Assembly: GCA_049724395.1 (NCBI GenBank)
Contig: JAUGWO010000129.1
Coordinates: 62,001-126,000, forward strand
Reading direction: 5' to 3'
Source: Spongospora subterranea f. sp. subterranea
Lineage: Eukaryota
Length of the DNA: 64,000 nt
In this document: positions 23,500-37,193 of the stretch, in pieces
Layout of the letters: each line of letters begins with the position of its first letter
Numbering within the stretch: position 1 is the first letter of the stretch
Made by a program: the position numbers and the translations under genes
The notes under the pieces: model-generated
What the model saw: the letters and a program-made list of their open reading frames with translations, nothing else
Database searches by the model: none
Told to the model about the DNA's origin: nothing

Positions 23500-25104
23500 G
23501 TCAAACCCTGGGGACCTAATTATATTCGCTTGCCACAAGCAATCATGTTGGGGTAAACCGCGGTCTCGCTATGCCAAATGCAATTCGAAAAGGGTCGTGT
23601 CTGATATATATTGGAAGGGGTGACATGGCTATGATTGATGGTAATGTTCCCGAAATTGACGTAGTCGATAAAAGCGGGTGGGCTGATTCATTCATCGCCG
23701 GACAGCAATATGAACTCGCTCAACAAAAGGTCGACCAGTACCCAACCCAAATTTGACGACTGCTTGACGCAGTCGCGACGACGACAAAATGAATCAGTAC
23801 AACTCGGAAGAGATCAACACAGTAAAGAACAACCAGTTGTCATCGTCAGACGGCCTAAAGGTCTTGCCGCCATGTACCACATCGTACGAAGTTGGACCAG
23901 TGCCATCATGTCTGTCATGTTTTACATCCGCCAACGCCGATCATGCCTGGCCAATTATTTTGACCCATGGCGATGGCATGGGCGTCCCCTCCAGCCTGGT
24001 AAAACAAAAGAGAAAACAGAGTCAGGATCTCTCTAAAAACTCCAAATAGTCGGTGCAAAAACAGGTGACTTCTTTCGGCCTTTGATTGCTTTGGTTCTGA
24101 GTCGCCTTGTTGCGAATATTATTTCAAACGATGGCAGTCTTTCTAACTTTTTCAACAGATAGACGATTACGTAGCTGTTAATCGGATTTGTGACATCGCA
24201 CTCACTTACTATCGTCGACTTGTTGATGATGATTATGGCAACCTTCGGGGAGGGTATGTTTGAATGAATCGAAGGCAATCTCATCGACGTATCGTTTTAT
24301 GAATTTTTTGACGGTCATGTCGAGTTTTGGCAATTGTGTCAACACATCGATGGACAGCTGTAAAATTCCGGCGCTGGCCTTGACTGTTCTTTCTGTTGCG
24401 GTCAATACAGCAACATGCGAGAGATTGCTTAGCGAACTCTCACTGATTTATACTGCAAAACGTAATCGTATATCTGCTGAAGAAGTTAGAAAGACTGCCA
24501 TCGTTAAAAGAATGTTCGCGAACAAGACGACTTCGGACCAAAGCAATTAAAGGCCGACAATAACGACTCATAGCACCCATCGTTTCAACCAACAGAACGT
24601 CTTAAGCAAAGAATGAAGGGGAGGTGAACATGAACATCCGCCTTCCGACAATGTTGCTGCACAAACCGATGCTATTAATATTGACTGCGAATGTGAATCC
24701 AATGTGATTGCTCGTTGGCAATCTGTTATGGAGACTGAGGATGAGACTGAGAACGACTGGGACCAATCTATTGAAGTTGCTGGTGTGGTGCAACAGCGAA
24801 CTTCCCAGGCACTGGAACCAATTCCAGGTCCTGACCGCCGTCCGTGTCCTGACTTCAATCGGGAGAGCTTTTTTCAAGAAGGATCGTCCAGGGCATCAGA
24901 TCATGGAAAAGTTCTCTGCACAATTGTTTCAACACCATGTCTAATCAGTAAAACCGCAGTTATATACGTCGAAAAGGTTTGAAATGTGCGGAACAACCGA
25001 CTTCCGCAAACCCTAAGTTGTTACGTACAACACTACAGTCCAGGCTACAGGGTGCGGTAAAGAAGTGCCGACAGTGCCAGCGGCATGCATTTTCAAGGCC
25101 ACTG
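23500..25104 (+). mobile_element. Degenerate hAT transposon
   Basis: IPALALTVLSVAVNTATCERLLSELSLIYTAKRNRI is the hAT dimerisation domain, and an upstream RSWTS motif is present. The end ...ttcaaggccactg resembles a CAGTG-type TIR. Confidence 0.75.
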
Positions 25105-25393
25105 CCGTGAGTGGCTGCACCCTCCGCACTTACGCGAGTTGTGGTCACTGTATACGGCATTCGTTGAGTGTGAGCTACACGAGTGACATTACGAGGGGGT
25201 AACCCCCCCTTTTCTGTAGACCGCTAATGCGCACCATTTCCAATTTACCGCCGTTTTCATCGATTCCATCGGTCGTTTATCACATCTGGACAATAGACAG
25301 ACCGGGGTCTCTGACACGGAGCCTGAGGATTTTCTATAACTTTGTCCAAAATACTAGCGGCAATTTCTGTGGTACCCACATCATTTTTGCCAA

Positions 25394-28300
25394 ATGGGGT
25401 ACGAAAGCCAAGTGACGCCAATACATTCCGATCGTTTTGTCGGCAGAAACGTACTGCAGAAGCAGACGTTATTCATTCAGGTTATTGCCCTCTTTAAGAA
25501 ATCATGCATTGTACAGAAGCGCCAGTACGTTTGAGATGGGTCCGTTGCTTCCATTATTTCAACTTCTCCACCACAGGTATATGACGAACATTTTCCAACT
25601 GTTCTTTCCCCTATCAATGATGTAAGCTCTCGCGCTCATAATTTGAGGATTTCATTGCTTATTCTCAAACCAGATTGTTGTTGTTGATGGGCCAGAGCTA
25701 CATTAATTCAGTAGTGCGGGAAGGAAACAATCAGTTCATCCCCGCTGTTGATCATCCGAGCGTCATTCAACCTTCTTTACTGTACAGTAGTTTGTCTCTC
25801 AAATCTTGAGCTCGAGTGTTTTTTAACTCTAGGACCAGGTTGAGCTATGGGACCCGATTGATAGATGGCGAGTATGGGCGCTTCTTGATGAAAGACAACG
25901 GGTTTGATATAATGAACAACCGAACAACGGGTGATACGACTTCACTACATAAATTTCAAGCCCTTAGATTTACGATATATGTAGGTTTATATTCTAAGTT
26001 CGTGCTTCCGACGCAGTCCAACTCTCGTAAAGGCGTTGTGGCATTCCGTGCTTCGAGATATAAAAGCCGCCGGCGGGCATCTGAGACGTATGTGGATCCA
26101 CATCCATTTTTGATATCCAAACTCAACTTCTTTAACTCTAATTCACAAGCTGAGACAGATAGCCTCATATATAAGGTGCGCACATGGAAAGTATCGACGT
26201 GGATCTTTACTGAAAAACTTTCTAGGAATGGGAATCTCCAGATGCGTTTACTGGAGGTTTAGTTGTCAACGAAGCTGGTCCAGACCTGTTCAAATATAGC
26301 ATTCTCGTCAACAGGGCGCTGACAAATCTGCAAGGTTTTATTCGTAATATTAGCAAGCTCCTCCATGTTCATTTCAATACAGACATGCCTGCTTTGCTTG
26401 GCCTGATGTCTAACGCCGTTTTTCGAATGCTTGCATCTAGAAATGGGACTGTTGATGTCACCAGCTCGTCGCAAGTCTATCTATCTGGAACAAAACACTT
26501 TCCAACAGCAAAGATAAAATTCGAGTTCGACATAATGACGATAGGTGGACCGAATCTTTACATATATATTTTTTCATTTCCTTTCCCTGTATTCATGTAT
26601 AATATTGTCAGGTTCGTCCTACATTGTTCCAATTGAGTTTTAGCTTGTGAAACCTTTGCTTTCAGTGAGAGGGAGAGCAACATTAGGACATTAATGAAGA
26701 CGATGGGCTTACAACGGAATGTACATTTCCTGGTTACATACGTCTTCAACTTCATATTTTATTCATTCGCAATGGGATTTCTCATTCTTGCTGCGTGCGT
26801 TCTTGAGATTCGCTTTTTTACCCAGAACTCATTTGGTACCTACTTTCTTCTTCTGTTCATTTGGGGTCACGTTATTTGCGCTTCTGCTTTTCTTGTCTCT
26901 GGTCTCTTCCGCAAGTCCAAAACGGTATTTTCACACGTTTGCCGCTGCAACTCTTCCATCGACTGATTTTTTTACGCTCTTTGCGAAGACAACCGTCGTT
27001 GGGTATTTAATTGTGTTTGCATCTGGCCTGGTAAAGTACCGTGGTTTCAATCAATTGTCAGGTTCTCACTCCATTGTAATTGTTCAGATTTCTTGCAGTA
27101 AGCGTTCATTTGCCAAATATGTTTTGTTACGTTGAATCCCCCCAGCATTAGTGGCAAACTTTGTTTCGTCTGAGGTATACCTCGGCATCTACTATGTTTT
27201 TCATCCAACTTTTCCCACCGTAGGATCGCATCATTGAATCTGGTATTTACTTACATGCGTTGTTAGTTTCGCACTTTATCGTGGTCTTTTAAGTCTACGC
27301 GACGGTGTAGCTTTCGGCAATACCGGGTTGTCAATGAGTGATATTTTGGAATCTGACACTCATTTATTAAGCGTTTACATTTATCTGGCATGCGAATGGC
27401 TTGCGATTGTGACACTAGCCTGGGTAATAGAAGTGGTATGGCTTGCTGGCAACTTTTTGCATCGTCAGTTCCAACCTGTGTTTGTAGTACGGAAATCCGA
27501 TTCACCGAACCAAAAAGTATCTTCTCGCAAAGCGTGCTGTCCCAATACTGCCAAATAATGAGTACGTTGCACTGCCAGATGACTTATCAGATGGAGGACT
27601 GGAAGATTGTCAGTATGAAGGTTCGTATTCTTTTTTGTAATTTGTTGGCATCCAGAAACGTTCGCATAGGTCAAGACGTCATACAGGAGGCGAACAAAGC
27701 GCTGGATGAAACTAGTGAAGAACCTGTTCTTATAAGAAGGTTGAGAAAAGTGTATTCAGGCGGCGGGTCTACGAAAGACAAAATCGCAGTTAAAGGATTG
27801 TCGATGACTGTTCGCTTCGGCGAATGCCTGGGATTTTTAGGTAGGTCGCAATGCAATAGCCTGAAGGACACAATACTTATGGTCGATATAGGTTCCAATG
27901 GGGCAGGTATATGGAATGCTACTGGCTACCTTCTTTGTAATGGTCCGCGTCTTTTAGGAAAATCGACGACACTCTCAATGCTGTGTGGCCACGTTAAGCC
28001 GACCTCGGGGAATGCTAGAATATTTGGCAAGTACATCGATGAAGAATTAGACTCTATATATGGTCTTCTTGGAGTTTGCCCTCAGGTATTCGTACTTTCT
28101 ATCGTTGAAAAAAGCATGTCAGAGTATGGCATTTAGGACAATGTTCTTTGGGGGGAACTAACTGGAGGTGAACATCTTGGTGAGTGGGTTTTGTTCTCTT
28201 TTCAGTAAGATTCTGAGTGTTATGCAGAATTTTTTGGAAGCTTGAAGGTATCTTCAACAGGCGATGTTCCATATCGTTGTTGATTAGTGTTGGATAGGGT

Positions 28301-29343
28301 CTTCGTGATGCTGAACTCGAGAATGGTATTTTGATCTTATGCAGATTATAGCTTTTTGATATGTGGCTTTGCAGCGGTTGTAAGCAGTCTCCGTGATGTT
28401 GATCTACTCTGTGTCCGACATAAATCAGCAAGGCAATACAGTGGAGGTATGGCGACGATACATCAATTTCTTTTCTGTAACATTTTTTCCAGGGATGAAG
28501 CGTCGCCTAAGTGTGGCTATCGCGTTCATCGGAAACCCCAGTCTCGTACTATTAGACGAGCCCACAACGTTGGGGAATCCCCGTTTCGTAAATAACCCGC
28601 ATTGATCCGTCTTTGTTGTAGTGGCCTAGACCCAGCGGCTCGGAAGAATTTGTGGGCGGTTATTCACAAATACAAAAAGTCGTGTGCCCTCATATTAACA
28701 ACTCACAGGTACGATGATGTGCAATGTTTCGGTAAACCTTCGATAAGATTTGAGTTAGTATGGAAGAAGCTGAGAATCTTTGTGACAGAGTTGCGATTTT
28801 CGAAGCAGGTAGGCCGCCATTTCTTACATCTTATATAGAAATTAATAATGTATTTCAGGCCATCTTCGCTGCATCGGTATAGGCCTGTTGTTCGTTAACA
28901 CCTTGAATTCACGAGGTTTTAGGAACAAGTTCCGCTTTGAAGAAACGTTTCGAACAGGGCTACAAACTTACCATCATATCTGATGGCTGCCGTGACCAAG
29001 AAATCATCGACTACATCACGAGAATGTCTCCAAGTGCCATTATGCTTAATAAGTAACAGATCGATGATAACAACTCGCAACAGCTCATGAATTTGCTATT
29101 AGGCTATGCGGCATCATCACCTATGAAATACCTACTCGAACAGTTTGTCTATCAGAGATTTTTCGCGAGCTCGACTCCAGCAAGAAGGATTTGGGGATCT
29201 TAGACTGGTGCATTGCCAATACAAGTCAGATAATGAATGTGTCTAAAGCCTTGATGCGATCTAATAAGTTCCTTGTAGCGCTTGAAGAAGTTTTTGTTCG
29301 CATAGCAACAGGCGCATACAACGCCAGAAATTGTCAGTTCTAG
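25394..29343 (+). CDS. ABC transporter subfamily A, half-size (one TMD plus one NBD), many exons
   Basis: QVIALFKKSCIVQKR N-terminus, LMKTMGL, AVKGLS...GECLGFLGSNGAGKST, GVCPQDNVLW, YSGGMKRRLSVAIA, LLDEPTTGLDPAAR, LTTHSMEEAE, TLEEVF. Confidence 0.93.
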
Positions 29344-29450
29344 GATTGATCAACAACAGCGATGTGTGTGCGGAGCTATTTACATTGATGCTGAACACAA
29401 GCCCCTTGCCTTTATTATCCACATAAACGTCAAATATTATAGATTCATGT

Positions 29451-30730
29451 TTAAATAATTAACAGCTCGGACTGCTGCCGTAGAAACTCGTCCTGGGATT
29501 TTCGCAAATCGCTCTTGTAGTTTTGCATTAGCTTTTGCAAATTCTTCCTGTTTTCATCACACATTGGAGACGATATCCAATTGATGGGCTGTTCTGATGG
29601 CCGAAATGTTATACTATCATTGTATCCTACGGTCGCTGATCTATTGCATCCATCTATATACAGCTTCGCTGAGGTCATTCGCGGGATCAGTTCCAAATCG
29701 TCCTCAAAAAACCTGACAATAATAAAAAACGGGATTCAGTAAGAGCATTCCAGAATGCCCTACCCTCCAACAATGGGCACTTGACCGCCGATACTCGGTG
29801 GGAATAGCTCCCTAACCCTGTACTGGAAATGGCGCGAGGACCATGGTAGAATACAGCCGCCAGAGGACAGGATCCCAGCGGTGCTGCCAGCAGCAGTTGC
29901 CACCCAAACGCCCGAGGATTTCTGAAATTTGAATTTGGGATCCTTTTCGGATTGTGTAACTTTGAAAAACAAAAAAATGAATGACTACAAATAGCTTCAC
30001 AGCTTTGTGCCTACTAAAGTGTCGTAGCTGCACTGCCGGCGGCAAATAAAACATCGTTCAAGGCCAGTACGGGATGCTTCTCGCCATTGATAAGAATTTG
30101 CATCCTCCATATAGGTCTGGGTTGGGTTTCACCACTTTGCAAATTTTGGAATAACTCTGGGAAGGTTTCGGCATTCGCTGCACAATAGAACCCGAATGAC
30201 GACTCAGGCGAAGAACTATCAAACAATAAATCAATAAGTACGTACACAATTAAGCGAATATCGCCAGATCCCTCTCACTTTATTCCGAGTATTGGCGTCG
30301 ACTCGAATTCGTGAAACAGGTGTGAAGTCCTAAGAAATGTTCCATCTCCTCCTACCGACATTACTAAATCCGCCCAATCTATGTCCTCGATAGTCAGTTG
30401 TTCCTTCATCCTGATCGCGATTCTTTGCGATTTCAAATATGAGCAAATCTGCACAGCAAATTGATCAACAAACCCATGAATATGATGACTTGGACGAATC
30501 AGAACATCACCGAATCTGTTGTCTTCTGATGTGATGCATGAGCGTCAATGACCCGTAAATCTCTGAACGCCTGCAAGCGGGAACGCCCTTGAACCATAGA
30601 CTGTGAAGAATTTCGTAGTTGTTCAAGGAACGTGACCTAACCCGAAATTCGCCATAATCGGGGACCCAATTTCAGCATGAGCCCAGCAACTGACCTTGCG
30701 TAAAATGGCGACTCGCGCGATGCGATTCAT
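29451..30730 (-). CDS. NAD(H) kinase, multi-exon
   Basis: VGGDGTFL, ALNDVL, SSGVWVATAAGSTAGILSSGG, FQYRVRE, LYIDG. Confidence 0.9.
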
Positions 30731-31212
30731 GACTGATTGGGGTGGCGAACAAATCCCCAGTTGTGCCCAACAACTGTTGTCGTGACGACTGTCTGTAAAC
30801 CCTTGTCGACGACTGCCCCCCCTTATCAGACCAGTTCTGTCTGTAATGTGTAGGTAGTTGAATATGATCACGGAGGCGCAGTTTCGAGCCGTTCATTCAT
30901 TATCCTCAAGACGGATTCGAGCGCCACGTTCACAGCCAAACCTTGTAGGGGGAAGGAGCAAGAAACGCATCGTCGCTGCTGCCCTATATCCAATCGATAA
31001 AAAAATCGATGAAACTATTTCAACCGAATTCCTGCACGATGGCCATGGGACGTCAGTAAAATTCAGCGAAACAACATAATAGAAAAATGAAAATGAGTGA
31101 TGGAGCACGTCTTGAGATATTCTGTAGCTGTTCTACCTTAAGTTCGGGGTTTTAATTTCTGTTTGTTCAATGACGGGCTTTTTCAAGGACACATAGGAAT
31201 TAAATAACCAAA

Positions 31213-31991
<779 letters not shown>

Positions 31992-32115
31992 TAACTTATT
32001 AAATAAACAAGTTTAGTAAAAATCCCATTGCATGTGAATTACTCAGGGCTTTTCGACCTGCTGCTATTTGATCCTTGTACATCTTCGGCTACCGTATTTA
32101 GAGGGCGTTTCCGTC

Positions 32116-32535
32116 TCATTCGTCTTGGGATGACGAACTAGAAGGTACAGTTTGGGCTGTTTGCGCTGCAACTTCCTGTAGGCGGCCTGCTCTTCTGCTT
32201 GTACGTGTACCAGGCGCTTGAACGGCAACTGCTAAGCGCTTTTTCGCAGGAGATGACCCAACCACTGCGTCATTAGGTCTAAAAATGAAATTCAGTAAAA
32301 CGATTGTTGTGCGAAATAGCGAATTATACCTTTTGACGGAAGCCCAACCTAGCTCTTTTTTGCGACGAAGCTTCAATGAACGAACAAGCATATGTGCTGG
32401 GTCAGATTCGATTAGGACTGGGACCTCAGCGCTGTGTCTGGCTTGAACTTGACCGGGTCGAAGTATTGATGAGGTGGGATCGACATCAGAGAGTAGTCCA
32501 GCTGAGGGAAGTCGCGACAATAGCAGGCTAGCCAT
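32116..32535 (-). CDS. DDA1-like (DET1- and DDB1-associated) small protein
   Basis: LLSRLPSAGL...HS...LIESDPAHMLVRSLKLRRKK resembles the DDA1 N-terminal pattern. One in-frame intron near 32279-32329. Confidence 0.55.
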   Translation of the reverse strand: MASLLLSRLPSAGLLSDVDPTSSILRPGQVQARHSAEVPVLIESDPAHMLVRSLKLRRKKELGWASVKRYNSLFRTTIVLLNFIFRPNDAVVGSSPAKKRLAVAVQAPGTRTSRRAGRLQEVAAQTAQTVPSSSSSQDE

Positions 32536-32949
32536 TTCGGATGGCGAGATCCGATAGAGGTTCAGAGGTGAACACGGAGATTTGCAATCACGACGCGACG
32601 ATGCGGTGATGACAAACGATATTGAGATGGTTTAGAGATTGTGATGATATAAGGAGATTATCAACTGCAACTTCATGATACAATAGTGTCAGAAGACTAT
32701 GAATCACAGAAGTAGTGTATCAAATACCAATGGAAACACTGTGTATACTGTATAATAGGGGAACACGTTTCGCACAAACCGCTAAATATGTCGATACAAT
32801 GTCAACTGTTAATACTGGCCATTGACTGCCATATAATTTGCCAAAGGGGCATGCATCCGCTACAGTATCGATAGAAGAAGCAACAACGCAAGCTGGGCTA
32901 GGTTACTATCGTAGCATCCCAATTATTTGACACTTGTTGTAGTTAATCC

Positions 32950-34675
32950 GTTTAGTTTATAGCGGGAGCGGTGATTAATGCGGAAAAGTAAATATATTGT
33001 AAACCCTGCAGCAACAACCATAAGTCAGGCAAAGGCTGTTCTGCAAGCTTCAACTGAACCAAATTTACAAGCAGCGAAAACCACTTGATTTTTTTTCTCG
33101 GGAATGTCGGAACTGCCTCTGTAGTCATTTTGAAATCCTTGACCCGTTTGTTCACCATTTCATGCCTCGCTTGGAGAAGACATTTGAAATCTTTGACCCG
33201 TTTAATCACCATTTCAAGCCTGGCTTTTGAGAAGTTTCAGTTTCCGGTCTCTATTTGGCATTGGCTCTGCTGGTGTCAAAAAGTGCTCTCTTCCGTCCTG
33301 ATAACCTTTGTCTGCAGATGGCATTTCTCTCAGCCATAATTTTGCCACTAGACAATGCCAAACCAATCGAATGTTGGGCCAGGAACCGCAAGGTACGCCG
33401 CTAGAGACATGTACTATTTTGAAACGCCGATCTCGTAACGTAAACAGGCATGTTTGAACTTGTGTGACACGTCGTTTTTGTCAAAGATGCCTTGTTCGAA
33501 AACTCAAAGGTCTGTACCATCGAGTGTGAAGGACGGTACAAGACGATTCCAGTTCTCGAAACGGTCTTCCCAATGAATCTGGTCATGGACAAGATCAGTG
33601 CAAATTTATACAAATTTTCGATGATGGCAAATTTTACATAATTCAGCTTGGCAATTGCTGACTACAGCCCAAATCCAGTTGCGCTACGTTTTTTCGTTGA
33701 TATAAAACGTGAACATGTTACATCCTCGGTTTGATAGCAATGAAGGAAATAAAGTCCCATCATAATATGCTCGCGAACGAACGTTTGGCAATGATGATCG
33801 AATATCCAGCCAAACACGCGAACGCTGATCCCGAAATGCGCTGCCCATATGCGTTTCCAATAAAGTGTTTTTCTTGCCGCTGGATTGGATCGGAACATTT
33901 GTGAGACGTAATTGATAAACCAATGCGATTCCCCATCATGTTCCAATCAAGCAACTCGCCTGGTACACATAAGAGCACCTCCACCGCGCAGACCCAAACC
34001 TATAATTTGCCAGTGACCATCACAAAAAGGATAAAATTATGATGCTCTTTTAACGTACCCTTCAAGTCTCGCTCACAAACTGCACAATAGCCAATAAACC
34101 AGTTTCACCGGTTAACCGGTTAAAACAGCCTCAGCAGTTGCTCATCCTGGAGTTCTCTTCATGGTAAAGGGTATGCCGAATCGTGTTTCCGTCTTCACGA
34201 ACGAGCATGCCCCGCTATCCTGAAAAAAGCTGGGTGCGGCGTCAACGGTCACAAGGTGGCCGGAGCCGCAGTGAAAAAGGAAGATCCGATCTTTGTATTG
34301 CTCAACTCGAGCATGTTAGGGGAAATTAGAACTATTCGACCAAAGATCAGCAAAAACTGTTTGTTGAAAAATGTGCTGATAAGTTAGCGTTGTATTTATA
34401 CCTTTTTTTTCCTACGATGCTTTGATAACAACAATAAAATGGATAAGAATTCGAAAGGGCTTCGCTATCACTTCCCCAATTCACTATCACTTCCCCAATT
34501 CACTATCACTTCCCAAATTCACTATCACTTTTTTTTTTTTAGCAGAAGCGTTTCACATTATCAGCGCCAGTATCAAAGAGGTCGATGATGTGAAGATTGT
34601 AGCATGAAACCCATCATAATGGGAGGTGTGCCAGAGCACGCTCCTTTGTTCATATCTTTCTCCGGTGGCCTGAGT
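32950..34675. mobile_element. Harbinger/ISL2EU-like element, left copy (transposase on -, partner ORF remnant on +)
   Basis: HFGIS...MGLYFLHCYQTE, TLDGTD, SHKFKHACLRYEIGVS, ARHEMVNKRVKDFK (duplicated as 54 bp near 33131-33233), NLVQLKL. Frameshifted. Confidence 0.8.
34461..34530. repeat. 19-bp minisatellite, about 3.7 copies (ttcactatcacttccccaa), followed by poly-T
   Basis: Read directly. It lies in a ~125-bp insertion that is absent from the inverted partner arm. Confidence 0.9.
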
Positions 34676-34699
34676 TGACCGTATTTTATGAGCCAGGTC

Positions 34700-36575
34700 T
34701 CATAATGACTCAAGACACTCAATGTCTCCATACGCAAACTCTTCAACTGCGTTTAACCGCAGTGCGATCACTGAAGTGGTATTTGTTTTTTCTGACTTGA
34801 TGATCCGCTTCTCGATTTTTGGCTCCATTTTGCGGAGGAATGGGAGTTTCAGAGTGAACGTCTCCGGTTCTTTATCCTGGAAATATTTCACGGTCGCCAG
34901 AGTCTCGGGACATCGAAGAATATTTGGGACCTGAGAATTTACATAAATGCGGGATCGCTTTTTTTCTGTTGAATCGTGACAATCAGCGATCTCCCATTGG
35001 CCGCAACTGCCGCGCCAATGCTGGAATGTGACACCATCGTCAAAAAAACTGCAACTCTCAGGCCACCGGAGAACGAACGATATGATGTCATATAATCTGA
35101 TATCGCAGTCGAAACCTGCTCGGCGACAGCGGAGCGGTGTGTTTTCCCGCTCAACTTCCTCTTCGTCACCCACTTCAACGCACGAAGGAGCGTCCACGAA
35201 CGAAAGAGCTTGCTCTGGTACACCCTCCCATTATGATGGGTTTCATGCACAGTCTTCACATCATCGACCTCTTTGATACTGGCACTGATGGTGTGAAACG
35301 CTTCTGCTAAAAAAAGTATATATTCAGCGCTAAATTATCAGCACATTTTTTCAACAAACAGTTTTTGCTGATCTTTTGTCGAATGGGTCTAATTTTTGCC
35401 TCTAACATGCTCGAGTTGAGTAATGCAAAGATCGGATTTTCCTTTTTCAACTACAGTGTAGGAATTCTAGGTTGGGCAAATCCCTACAGGCTCTCACAGA
35501 CGTTTTTGACCCCACAACAAAAAAGATGCGCCTTGAAACTCCTGACCATTGAGCTACTTTTCGATTTTTGCCAATTTTTTCGGTCAATTTTCAAATTTTC
35601 AACTCAGTCATTATTGCTCAGATTGCATTCGGAAAAGGCTCTTTCGAATGGAATATTCTTGTAGTGCGATCGGAATTTTTTAAACCTGAACCCTTATGCG
35701 CATTTTATACACAATCGGTTGTAATTATGCCACGACTGAACAAGCGCGCCGTTGTCGCTAAGAAAGCGAGAGATGTGACGGTCATGAAGTGTGCTATGTC
35801 ATCAACCATTTCGACGATTGCGGCTGATGCGGGAGTCCCAGTTCAACTGTCTGATCAGGACCTATCTGATGACAACGGCCAAGCAGACAACGAATTGCCT
35901 CGGAAGAAGACGTCGGCTCGTCTGAGTACTGGTCGGACAGCGAATCCGGTCAAAATTAACCGGTGTCAGCTGCGCCGGTGCATGTGTTTCCATCGGGCTC
36001 TCCCAAACGTCGTCGACGATACGATGGAACTAGCCGTACTGGAAAAATGAGAGCATCAGGAAAACTCTCCAGAACAATGACAGCATTTGACCTTTTTCAA
36101 CTCTGAACCACCAACATGCATGTTTACGTTACAAGGTAGGGGTTGGGATCGGCGTTTCGAAAATAGTACATGTCACTGGCGGCGTACCTTGAGGTTTCTG
36201 GCCCGGCATTCGTTTGGCTCGTCATTGTCTAATGCCAAACTTACGTCTGGGAGAAATGCCAACTGCAGAAAAAGGTTATCCAGACGGAATAGTACACTTT
36301 TCACACTAGTAGAGCCAATGTCAAATAGAGACAGGCGCCTAAACCGGGAACTGAAACTTCTTTAATCCAGGCATGAAATGGTGAACAAACGGTTTAAATG
36401 TCTACAAGGGCAGTTCCGGCATTCCCGAGAAAAACATCAAGTAATTTTCGCTGCTTGTGCAAATTTGGTTCAGTTGAAGCTTGTAGAACAGCCTTTGCCT
36501 GACGTACTGTTGTTGCTGCAGGGTTTACAATAAATTTACCTTTTACATTTACCGCAGCTTCCAAGTTGTTAAACG
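34700..36575. mobile_element. Harbinger/ISL2EU-like element, right copy (inverted), with unrelated internal segment 35455-36060
   Basis: 35200-35455 is the reverse complement of 34270-34650. 36070-36575 is the reverse complement of about 32950-33500. Confidence 0.8.
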
Positions 36576-36616
36576 GCGTCACGGAGATCGCGGCCTGCTG
36601 CACTATCTTCAGGGTT

Positions 36617-36931
36617 ATGTCGTCCATGGCGAAATCTGCCCTTGAGGCAGTTAATGTATTGCGACAAACACTAATCCAAAACGCTCGTGCGAAGATTTTC
36701 GGTACTGTGTTCCCGACCGACAATCACAGGAGTGGGCGGAAGCAGTTGCGGTCCGCGTTAAAAGGTCCAGGGGTGGCAGCGCATTATCCATTTACGTACC
36801 ATCATGGATTCGATAAACTATACGAAGATGAGCAGGCGCTTCGTAGACTGAGAAAGCTGGAGACATTACGAAAGCGTGGAAAAGGTCCCCCAAAGAAAGG
36901 ACAAGGTCGTCGTTCTGGTAAGAAGAAATAA
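36617..36931 (+). CDS. RSM27: Mitochondrial ribosomal small subunit protein mS33 (Rsm27/MRPS33)
   Basis: RAKIFG...RSGRKQLRSALKGPGVAAHYP...RKRGKGPPKKGQG. Confidence 0.9.
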   Translation: MSSMAKSALEAVNVLRQTLIQNARAKIFGTVFPTDNHRSGRKQLRSALKGPGVAAHYPFTYHHGFDKLYEDEQALRRLRKLETLRKRGKGPPKKGQGRRSGKKK

Positions 36932-37193
36932 AGATTGACTGCAGCGACGGTTCTGCTGTGCGCCCACTCGGTTAACAGATTATCAATCCTTATATAATGC
37001 ATGTCCATATGTCCTATGTAATGCATGTCTATATCTTTTGTTACTAGGCCATGCTTATATTCGCTGGGGTACTCGACTACAACCGATGCATGACATGTTA
37101 ATTCTTTTATGGTATCGTTTCGGACTACTGTAACAAAAGAATCTGTCTTTCGTATACAGTTCTCCATCAATTGGAAATTTTTATTTAATCACG

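Noticed and set aside
25186..25212. Palindrome TACGAGGGGGTAACCCCCC resembling a mariner end
   Set aside because: No partner TIR or associated transposase.
34461..34530. Short repeat array considered as CRISPR or telomeric
   Set aside because: Head-to-tail units without spacers, eukaryotic context, and not a telomere motif.
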